Below are positions 29,217 through 36,147 of a DNA stretch of 38,494 nucleotides, piece by piece. The stretch's first letter is position 1, and each line of letters begins with the position of its first letter. Both the position numbers and the translations under genes were made by a program. Under the pieces are notes generated by a model. The model was not told the origin of the DNA, did not search any database, and saw nothing but the letters and a program-made list of their open reading frames with translations. The stretch comes from Melioribacteraceae bacterium (lineage in GTDB: Bacteria; Bacteroidota; Ignavibacteria; Ignavibacteriales; Melioribacteraceae), in assembly GCA_015486905.1 (NCBI GenBank), contig WFQV01000247.1, positions 1 through 38,494 on the forward strand, written 5' to 3'.

Positions 29217-32200
29217 ATGACAATAGGAATGGATAGAATATTTGATAAAAAGTTTAATCAATATTTCCGTAACAAGAAATTTAGCGAATTTCTGAAACTC
29301 TTAATTAACGCTTCTGAATCAGTACTAGATATAGGATGTGGAATAGGTGATTATTTAAAATATACAAACGAAAAACAAAGAGTAGTGGCAGTTGAACCGC
29401 ATGCTCCGTATATAGAAAAAGCTAAAGAAGCAGTCCCGTGGGCAAAATTCATAAATACGGACGCGTTAAGTTATTTTAAGAATTCCGAGGAAGAATTCGA
29501 TTTAATATTATTGATTGACGTTGTGGAACATTTGGAAGAAAATGACTCTTTTGAACTCGTTAAAGAGGCCAAAAAACATTGTAAAAAAATAATATTTTCA
29601 CAAATACCTATAGGCAAGCACGAACGACATGAAGACATATGGGGACTGGGTGGAGAATATTGGCAAACACATCGCTCCACATGGAACGAAGAAAAGTTAA
29701 GATCCTTAGGGTTCAGTTATTATCAAATTTGGAATAACTGGTACGACTGGAAAGAGACCAAAGAGAAATCAAATGATACATCAGTGGCCTTTTATTGGAA
29801 AGCTCCCCCCATTTCTGTTGTTATCCCCTCTTACAATCAGTCTGAATGGCTTCCTAAAACATTGAATAGTCTTTTGGCTCAAACTTATCCGTTCTGGGAA
29901 GCCGTAGTTGTTGACGATGGATCTACCGATGAAACATGGGAAATAATTCAAAAATATTCCGCTTTGGATGTGAGAATAAAAGGTTACCATAAAGAAAATG
30001 GCGGAATATCCTCGGCGTTAAATTACGGTATCAATAAAAGCAAAGGTAAATATTTTTGCTGGTTGAGTTCCGATGATTTGTACTATCCCGAAAAATTGGA
30101 ATTACAAATTGAGGCCTATGGCAAATTGACCGAGGATTATGGGATTGTATTCGGTCAATTCGATTTAATTGATGCTGATGATAATGTTACGATCACAAAA
30201 CAAAGCAAGCCTTTTTTCGATGGACTTGAATTTCCACAGCAATTAAAATACGATATTATAGACGGATGTACTGTGATGATACCGTTAAAAATACTGAAGG
30301 AACTTAATGGATTTAACCCGCAATTCAAGCACGCTCAGGATACCGAACTTTGGTTTCGAATAGCCGCTAAAGGATATAAATTTTATTACATCCCGCAAAA
30401 GATAGTAAAAAGAAGAGTTCACGAACAACAGGGTTTTACCGATTTTCAAGACGATTGCAGACTCGACGGTTACGAAATAGTTAATTTCTATATCAGTCGA
30501 TATTCATTCATCGAGTTTTACAAAAATGTCGATTGGAATGACAAAGACAGCTTTGCTACTTTTCTTTCACAATTTTTTGACATGATTTCAGATCCCGATT
30601 GTCATATAAATTATGATATTCTCAGAGAAAAATTCTGGAATTGGTTTGTTAAAGGATTAAAACAATTACCCAATAACATTGCAAAACAAATTGTACAGAT
30701 CGGAGTAGAGTTCTTTAACGCAAAGGGACACTGGATGCATAAAGATTATTTTGATAAATTCAGTCAGCTTTTAATTTATTTTAAAACCAATGTAAATAGT
30801 AAAAATCCAATAAAAATTGAAAATATATTTCATGATTTAAATAAGTTTGATAGGAAAGACAGCGATTTCGCTGAAAATTTATTTGCACATGCCGAAAAGT
30901 TTTATTCGGCTTCGGAATTCGAAGAGGCGATTTCTCTTTATAAATATCTAGCTGATTATGATAATAAATTTACTGAACGGGCATTCGAGAAGTTCAAAGA
31001 ATTATGTTTTACATTTGGGAAATACGAATTATTCGTGAAATCATTCCGCAGAAAAAAAAGGATCACAGAATTTGACGATAAGACTAAGCTTCTGTACATT
31101 TGGGCAAAAATTCAAATTAGAGAAAGTTCTGACATTAACGACATAATTGAAACCATTGAAGATGAAAAACTTAAATCTATTGCTAAATCCTATTATACTA
31201 AAGAATACGACAATACGGAAAAGGATAATATCCTTATTTGGAATTTTGAAGCGATATTTGACAGAATTGAACATTACCTTAAGATAAGGTGCGATAAATG
31301 CGATTATCAAAATAACGTAGCCCTTACTTTCGATTTAGTGGAAGAGCCTACAACAAGGAATTATATTTGCTTTAATTGTTTTAGCCCCTATCAAATAAGT
31401 GATTCCTTAATGAAGGAATATTTTCTATCTCGAATGTCTAAAGAAGACAAAAGTCTCAATGTGTCGGAAACGCCAAGCATTACTTACATTATGCGTTATA
31501 CCGATCGGATTGGCGGGGGGGTAAATATCGCTTTCGAACAAATTAAAAAATTGTATGCTTTGGGATGTAAAATTAAAATTTACTCGACTTCAGATTATCC
31601 TTCGTGGACTCAACTTCCCGGAGAATTTACTAAAGTTAAAGATCATTATCTTATCGAAAAAATCGACACGGATATAGCGATTGTTTTCTCGATCTACGAT
31701 GTGCCCAAAATAATTGATAAAATACATCCAAGCAGAATATATCATTTTTCACAAGGTTACGAAGGTTATCATTTGGGAAATGATTTCGAAACTATTAGAA
31801 TGGATAAATATTTTTATTATCAACTTCACGCTTTGCCGGTAAATAATATTGTAGTCTCCGAACACTTAAAGAATTTGTTTAAAGAGAAATTCCATCGAGA
31901 AGCTTATCTGATTCCGAATTATATAAACTCGAATATATTTCATCCTGACCCTGATATTGAAAAAGAACCATATTCAATTCTCTTTATAGGTAACCCCTAC
32001 TTTACACTGAAAGGATTTGGTTTTCTGGTGAACTCGATTGCCGAATTAGCGGAAAGAAAAAACATAAAACAACAAATTCAATTGTATGTCGTTTGGGGCG
32101 GCGATGAAATTATTCCTAACGAAAATCAATATGAAACCACACAATTAAAGGTGCATTTCATTAAGAAATTATTACAGCAGCAAGTCGCCGAATTGATGAA

Positions 32201-32834
32201 CAGAAATTCTCTATTCGTATCATGCTCAATGTATGAAGGTTTCGGACTGCCTATATTGGAAGCAATGGCATGTGGCACTCCTGTAATTTCTACAAGAAAT
32301 TTAGGCTCCGAATCATTCTGCATCGATGGCGAAAATTGTTTTCTTGTAGATTATAATGATTCTCAAACATTAGGCGAGCGAATATTTGAAATATTATTCG
32401 GTCAAACAGAATTGATCGAAATACTTAAAAATGGTATAATTACCGCGAATAAATTTTCAAAAAAAAAATCGGATACAGCATTCATAGAAGTATTTGAAAC
32501 AATATTTCAAAAAAGTTTCCCAGAGGAACTTAAATCAAGATTTCTTGATTATGAAGAAGTTGAGCTTGAACAAAATTTACTTCTTTTAGATAAAAAATTA
32601 AATAATTTCCGGAATAAGAAAACAGCCAATGAAACAATTCAAATTGGAAACGAGAAGGAAGTATTAACCGGAATATTAAGTTTAGTAGAAAAAGAAGATA
32701 TCACTTCTGCTATAGAACTGATTGATCAAGCTATTCAATCGTATGAAAAAGCAAATTGGGAAACGCCTTTGGAGGATTTAGTTAGTTTAAGAAAATCATT
32801 ATTTAACACTACAAAAGAAAAAGAAAAACCGTAG
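29217..32834 (+). CDS. Giant multidomain protein: class I SAM methyltransferase + GT2 glycosyltransferase + TPR-like/zinc-ribbon linker + GT4 (GT-B) glycosyltransferase + coiled-coil tail
   Basis: 1205 aa. VLDIGCGIGDY...LLIDVVEHLEE (methyltransferase). ISVVIPSYNQSEWL...VVVDDGSTDET...WLSSDDLYYPEKLE (GT2 with DxD). CDKCDY...CFNC (CxxC...CxxC). EGFGLPILEAMACGTPVISTRNLGSESF (GT4 E-x7-E region). No TM segments seen. Confidence 0.75.
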   Translation: MTIGMDRIFDKKFNQYFRNKKFSEFLKLLINASESVLDIGCGIGDYLKYTNEKQRVVAVEPHAPYIEKAKEAVPWAKFINTDALSYFKNSEEEFDLILLIDVVEHLEENDSFELVKEAKKHCKKIIFSQIPIGKHERHEDIWGLGGEYWQTHRSTWNEEKLRSLGFSYYQIWNNWYDWKETKEKSNDTSVAFYWKAPPISVVIPSYNQSEWLPKTLNSLLAQTYPFWEAVVVDDGSTDETWEIIQKYSALDVRIKGYHKENGGISSALNYGINKSKGKYFCWLSSDDLYYPEKLELQIEAYGKLTEDYGIVFGQFDLIDADDNVTITKQSKPFFDGLEFPQQLKYDIIDGCTVMIPLKILKELNGFNPQFKHAQDTELWFRIAAKGYKFYYIPQKIVKRRVHEQQGFTDFQDDCRLDGYEIVNFYISRYSFIEFYKNVDWNDKDSFATFLSQFFDMISDPDCHINYDILREKFWNWFVKGLKQLPNNIAKQIVQIGVEFFNAKGHWMHKDYFDKFSQLLIYFKTNVNSKNPIKIENIFHDLNKFDRKDSDFAENLFAHAEKFYSASEFEEAISLYKYLADYDNKFTERAFEKFKELCFTFGKYELFVKSFRRKKRITEFDDKTKLLYIWAKIQIRESSDINDIIETIEDEKLKSIAKSYYTKEYDNTEKDNILIWNFEAIFDRIEHYLKIRCDKCDYQNNVALTFDLVEEPTTRNYICFNCFSPYQISDSLMKEYFLSRMSKEDKSLNVSETPSITYIMRYTDRIGGGVNIAFEQIKKLYALGCKIKIYSTSDYPSWTQLPGEFTKVKDHYLIEKIDTDIAIVFSIYDVPKIIDKIHPSRIYHFSQGYEGYHLGNDFETIRMDKYFYYQLHALPVNNIVVSEHLKNLFKEKFHREAYLIPNYINSNIFHPDPDIEKEPYSILFIGNPYFTLKGFGFLVNSIAELAERKNIKQQIQLYVVWGGDEIIPNENQYETTQLKVHFIKKLLQQQVAELMNRNSLFVSCSMYEGFGLPILEAMACGTPVISTRNLGSESFCIDGENCFLVDYNDSQTLGERIFEILFGQTELIEILKNGIITANKFSKKKSDTAFIEVFETIFQKSFPEELKSRFLDYEEVELEQNLLLLDKKLNNFRNKKTANETIQIGNEKEVLTGILSLVEKEDITSAIELIDQAIQSYEKANWETPLEDLVSLRKSLFNTTKEKEKP

Positions 32835-33167
32835 GGACAAGGCATGCCTTGTCCCTACATTCAGGTTATCAATTATTATTATTCCGTGGATGTGGTTCGG
32901 CATTATTACGTATTCATCTAATTCTGTTTCCGGGAAATGTTCTGGGATTTCATTCCAACATTTTTCGGCAATTTTGCCTAATTTGTTTGGGAACATCTCG
33001 CCGTTTTTTATCCTACCGAAATGTTTAACATTATTCTTCGTGCATATTGTTACATAATACCATCCACAATTTGAATAATCATATTCTTTTAATCTGTTCG
33101 GTTTTCGTTCGGGACGTCTTTCCTTTGTTAACATTTCTGATAATTCATTTTGATAATTTATACGCAA
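32799..33167 (-). pseudogene. 3'-truncated RAYT/IS200-like (Y1 HUH) transposase remnant
   Basis: N-terminal ~100 aa (NRLKEYDYSNCGWYYVTICTKNNVKHFGRIKNGEMFPNKLGKIAEKCWNEIPEHFPETELDEYVIMPNHIHGIIIID) match my recollection of COG1943/PF01797 REP-associated transposases, including the HUH motif (HIH). The C-terminal half with the catalytic Tyr helix (..WQ..YYDHIIR..) is absent. The ORF tail instead reads through the palindrome (VGTRHALSL) and the poly-T (FFFFF), and overlaps the end of the convergent gene. Confidence 0.65.
32831..32858. terminator. 28-bp perfect palindrome at the convergent junction; hairpin with a T-tract only on the minus strand
   Basis: GTAGGGACAAGGCA|TGCCTTGTCCCTAC has 14-bp arms and no loop mismatch. 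It starts 1 nt before the TAG stop of the 1205-aa gene. On the minus strand it is followed by GGTTTTTCTTTTTCTTTTG. Confidence 0.6.
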
Positions 33168-33178
33168 CTATTTTATTC

Positions 33179-33447
33179 TCAATTCACTCTGCTCCGCTTT
33201 ATTGGTGCAAGTCGCTCATACGTGCGGGTGAAACGCCGATAGCCGAGTTCTTCCCAACCCATTACCCTGTAATCCCCCTTTCCTTCCAGAATATAAGGGA
33301 AATGCGACAATCTTAAGTTTTCGCCTATCTCAAAAGTGAAATGGGTTTTTCATTAAGAACGCGGAGAATCGCATGATTTGCCTGGATGACGAAAATTTTA
33401 TCGGGTGTTTTGTCAACTATCATTTTGCCGTTTATTTTTTTAGTCAT
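33179..33447 (-). pseudogene. Possible frameshifted small ORF (unknown family)
   Basis: Own translation. ATG at 33447 gives MTKKINGKMIVDKTPDKIFVIQANHAILRVLNEKPISLLR, then a stop at 33325-33327. A shifted frame continues ..HFTFEIGENLRLSHFPYILEGKGDYRVMGWEELGYRRFTRTYERLAPIKRSRVN, stopping at 33179-33181. Protein-like composition but no recognised homology. Confidence 0.25.
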
Positions 33448-33476
33448 ATGACTAATAATGCAGTCGTTAAAACACT

Positions 33477-33500
33477 CCCACGGATAAATCCGTGGGTTAA
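33477..33500 (+). repeat. REP-like hairpin H1 (CCCACGG-ATAAAT-CCGTGGG followed by TTAA)
   Basis: Stem CCCACGG pairs with CCGTGGG. Flanked by TC on the 5' side and TTAA on the 3' side. Same architecture as H2-H4. Confidence 0.6.
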
Positions 33501-33560
33501 GGGGATTTTAAATTCCTTGCGTCGCGCATTTTGCGGTGTGAAATTAACTGAAAAACGTAG

Positions 33561-33603
33561 CACAGTTTGCTGAGTCTCGCATTTTGCAGGAGAGCAAACT
33601 GTG
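33561..33603. repeat. Stem-loop with 11-bp perfect stem enclosing a CGCATTTTGC mini-hairpin
   Basis: CACAGTTTGCT (33561-33571) pairs with AGCAAACTGTG (33593-33603). The 21-nt loop carries one of three local copies of CGCATTTTGC (33525-33535, 33578-33588, 33662-33672). A fourth, related copy (CCGCATTTTGG) is at 23129-23139. Confidence 0.55.
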
Positions 33604-33657
33604 AAAATTTGTTCTTCCATGAAATTTTGTTTTTTTCAAATTACGCAGATTGACCCT

Positions 33658-33681
33658 CCCCCGCATTTTGCGTGGGATTAA
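33658..33681 (+). repeat. REP-like hairpin H4 (CCCCCGCA-TTT-TGCGTGGG followed by ATTAA)
   Basis: 7 bp plus one mismatch. Outer CCC/GGG and the trailing (A)TTAA are shared with H1 and H3. Confidence 0.45.
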
Positions 33682-33855
33682 TCAATCTACGCTAGGGTTT
33701 AACAAAACCTCACCGACACCGAATGGGTCTAAAGTTGGTAGGAAAAATGGATTAGAAATAATCCTACGATGCCGAAGGTTTCGAAGTGAAGATTTCAATT
33801 CTTTTAGTGAGCTGGTTAAGTAGGCAGGTTGCTACGCTCCAACACAATTATTTCA

Positions 33856-33882
33856 TTAACCAACAGCTTCAGCTGTTGGGAA
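33856..33882 (-). repeat. REP-like hairpin H2, inverted orientation (minus strand: TTCCCAACAGC-TGAA-GCTGTTGG-TTAA)
   Basis: 8-bp perfect stem CCAACAGC/GCTGTTGG with a 4-nt loop. Relative to H1 and H3, the third stem pair changes C-G to A-T on both arms, a compensatory change. Confidence 0.6.
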
Positions 33883-33996
33883 GTAGAGTAAAGGGAAAAA
33901 TCCGCAACATGTTTACAGGTTTTAAGGTAGAATACTTTTACAGGGTGGGAAAAACAGTGAACTGATTTTGGGAAAGTTCAGGCTTTTCTTAGTACA

Positions 33997-34022
33997 TCCC
34001 CACGACCGAAGTCGTGGGTTAA
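33997..34022 (+). repeat. REP-like hairpin H3 (TCCCCACGAC-CGAA-GTCGTGGG-TTAA)
   Basis: 8-bp perfect stem CCCACGAC/GTCGTGGG, CGAA loop, trailing TTAA. Confidence 0.6.
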
Positions 34023-34145
34023 CGACATAAAGATTTCGGTTGTAATGAATAGTTGAGTTTTGTTTAGATTCCAATAGTTGTAAATGAAATTAGAAATATT
34101 AACACTCCTTTGACCATTCACAATTCACCATCCAATTATCCAACT

Positions 34146-34268
34146 TGTCTCGGCGTAGCCTGAGCATAGCGAAGGCGAAGTCGGACCTGTCACGGCGTAG
34201 CTCGAGCGCAGCGAGAGCGAAGTCGGACCTGTCACGACGAATCCCAACCTGTCTTGAGAAGTCGGATC
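34146..34268 (+). repeat. Tandem direct repeat, 42-bp unit x ~3 (third copy degenerate)
   Basis: Unit A (34146-34187): TGTCTCGGCGTAGCCTGAGCATAGCGAAGGCGAAGTCGGACC. Unit B (34188-34229): TGTCACGGCGTAGCTCGAGCGCAGCGAGAGCGAAGTCGGACC, differing from A at 7 of 42 positions. Unit C (34230-34268) keeps TGTCACG at the start and GAAGTCGGATC at the end. Confidence 0.8.
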
Positions 34269-34414
34269 TTTCTAACGTCTTACCTCTTACGTCTCGCGTT
34301 TAACTATTTCTTATTTTTTGTTTCTTCTTTCTTATTTTTTTACCACAGATTTTAAACCCGTACCGAAATAATATTTTATTAAAATTTTACAGCCAGAAAT
34401 TTTCCTCCCCCAAT

Positions 34415-34445
34415 TTTGTTTCGAATCAATATTGCAATATTTTTG
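34415..34445 (+). promoter_or_regulatory. Candidate Bacteroidetes-type promoter (TTTG-N19-TAnnTTTG) for the second WecB-family gene
   Basis: TTTG at 34415-34418 and TATTTTTG at 34438-34445, separated by 19 nt. The -7 element ends 31 nt before the ATG at 34477. Confidence 0.3.
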
Positions 34446-34476
34446 CCAATCGGATTTTAATTTTTGAGAGCATTAG

Positions 34477-35595
34477 ATGAAAATAATATCGGTTGTAGGT
34501 GCACGCCCCAACTTCATGAAAGTAGCTCCTATTCACAGGGCAATTGAAAAAGCAAAGCAAAACTGGGCTGACACAAATAAACTTCAGCATTTAATTTGCC
34601 ACACGGGGCAGCATTACGACGAAAAGATGTCTAAAATATTCTTTGATGATTTGGAACTCCCGCAGCCGGATTTCTACCTCGGTGTGGGCAGCGGAACACA
34701 CGCCGAACAAACCGGCAAAATAATGATGGAATTCGAGAAAATCCTTTTTAAAGAAAAGCCCGATTACGTGCTCGTAGTCGGAGATGTTAATTCCACCATC
34801 GCATGCACACTTACTGCGGCAAAACTCCACATTAAAACTATTCACGTGGAAGCCGGATTGCGAAGTAACGACAGAAAAATGCCCGAAGAAATTAACCGGG
34901 TGCTGACGGATTCCATCTCCGATTTGCTTTTTGTTACCGAAAAAAGCGGATTGGAAAATCTGAAACAAGAAGGGGCGGCGGACAGTAAAGTTTATTTCGT
35001 CGGAAATGTAATGATTGATAGTGTTGCTTACTATTTAAATAAAACCGACACATCCGAAATATTAAGCGATTTAAACGTGGAAGCAGGCAAATTTATTTTG
35101 GTTACTTTACACCGCCCCAGCAATGTTGATGAACCCGAGCAGCTAAAACAAATAATGGAAATGCTTGCAAGGCTCTCCAAACGGCGAAAGGTCGTTTTCC
35201 CCGTACATCCGAGAACACTTAAAAATTTGGACAAATTCGGACTCTCCTCTTCCGTTCCCGATTCAATTATTTTAACAGAGCCAATTGGCTACATTGATTT
35301 TTTAACATTAACCAAAAACGCCGAGTTAATTTTAACGGATTCGGGCGGTATTCAGGAAGAATCCACTTACCTTGGCGTGCAATGTATTACGCTGCGCGAC
35401 ACTACCGAAAGACCCGTCACAGTTGAGGTTGGTACAAACCAACTATTAGGGAACAATCTCGAATTGGCTGAGAAGACTGCAAACGAAGTGCTCGACGGTA
35501 AAAAGAAACAAGGTAAAATTCCCGAACTTTGGGATGGTCACACAGCCGAAAGAATTGTAAATGTTCTTCTTCAACTTGAAAAGGAAACGAAATGA
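34477..35595 (+). CDS. UDP-N-acetylglucosamine 2-epimerase (non-hydrolysing WecB/WbpI family)
   Basis: 372 aa. VVGARPNFMKVAPI...HTGQHYD...VVGDVNST...HVEAGLRSNDRKMPEEINRVLTD...HPRT...TDSGGIQEE, the canonical Epimerase_2 motifs. Confidence 0.9.
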   Translation: MKIISVVGARPNFMKVAPIHRAIEKAKQNWADTNKLQHLICHTGQHYDEKMSKIFFDDLELPQPDFYLGVGSGTHAEQTGKIMMEFEKILFKEKPDYVLVVGDVNSTIACTLTAAKLHIKTIHVEAGLRSNDRKMPEEINRVLTDSISDLLFVTEKSGLENLKQEGAADSKVYFVGNVMIDSVAYYLNKTDTSEILSDLNVEAGKFILVTLHRPSNVDEPEQLKQIMEMLARLSKRRKVVFPVHPRTLKNLDKFGLSSSVPDSIILTEPIGYIDFLTLTKNAELILTDSGGIQEESTYLGVQCITLRDTTERPVTVEVGTNQLLGNNLELAEKTANEVLDGKKKQGKIPELWDGHTAERIVNVLLQLEKETK

Positions 35596-35673
35596 AACGG
35601 ATATGGCTAAGTTTAAGATACTCAAATAAATGATTATTAATTATTTGCTATGAATGTATTAAGATTAAATTGA

Positions 35674-35705
35674 TTGGATGGTTGGATGAATGGATGAATG
35701 GATAG
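35674..35705 (+). repeat. Octamer microsatellite (WTGGATGR x4)
   Basis: TTGGATGG TTGGATGA ATGGATGA ATGGATAG. An inverted, related short-period tract CCATTCACAATTCACCATCCAATTATCCAAC lies at 34114-34144 on the other side of the gene. Confidence 0.7.
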
Positions 35706-35884
35706 TCCGAATTCTCCCAAATTATTCGGGGTTCGGCGCAACAGATTGGATAAATGTTCTGTGATTTTTTGGTTAGAAATTAAATTTAAGGCTAAGGCTA
35801 AGGTTGAGACTTGTTAAAGATTACCGAAAGACAAAGCCTGCAAAATAATTTAAACAAAGCTCCGGATGAGCAACATCTCATTAA

Positions 35885-36052
35885 GGGGCTGTCTAAAAAG
35901 TAAGCATGTCATTTCGAACCCAGATTTATCGGGGTGAGAAATCTTTGAAAACATTGTGAACCATGCCTGCCCTGACGGCAGGCAGGTTCAAAAGATTTCT
36001 CCCCCGTCAAGACGGGGTCGAAATGACAATTTCAGACTTCTGAGACAACCCC
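35885..36052. repeat. ~168-nt nested imperfect inverted repeat (MITE-like element or structured RNA)
   Basis: Outer stem GGGGCTGTCT (35885-35894) pairs with AGACAACCCC (36043-36052), 1 mismatch. Long arms GTCATTTCGAACCC..GGGGTGAGAAATCTTTGAA (35908-35949) pair with TTCAAAAGATTTCTCCCCC..GGGGTCGAAATGAC (35987-36027). Central hairpin GAACC-at-GCCTGCC-CTGAC-GGCAGGC-a-GGTTC (35958-35989). Local hairpin CCCCGTC-AA-GACGGGG sits in the right arm. Confidence 0.75.
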
Positions 36053-36147
36053 GTGGTGAGGGAAAAACATTAAAAGTTTTGGCGAGATTCTTGCTTCTGC
36101 TTGTTTGGGGAATAAAAAAATCGTGACAAAACTTTGGAGGAATATAA

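Noticed and set aside
33223-33227. GTGCG resembling a group II intron 5' end in the non-coding island
   Set aside because: I found no domain V-like hairpin (GAGC..GAAA..GGTTC type), no intron-encoded RT and no plausible 3' boundary. The pentamer alone is uninformative.
33047-33573. Plus-strand ORFs of 89 and 66 aa in the repeat island
   Set aside because: The first is antisense to the transposase remnant and the frameshifted relic. The second simply translates the hairpin repeats (..INPWVKGILNSLRRAFCGVK..). No RBS or homology.
34146-34268. CRISPR array
   Set aside because: The repeats are directly abutting 42-bp units with no unique spacers between them, only ~3 copies, and no cas genes in the window. 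This is a tandem repeat, not CRISPR.
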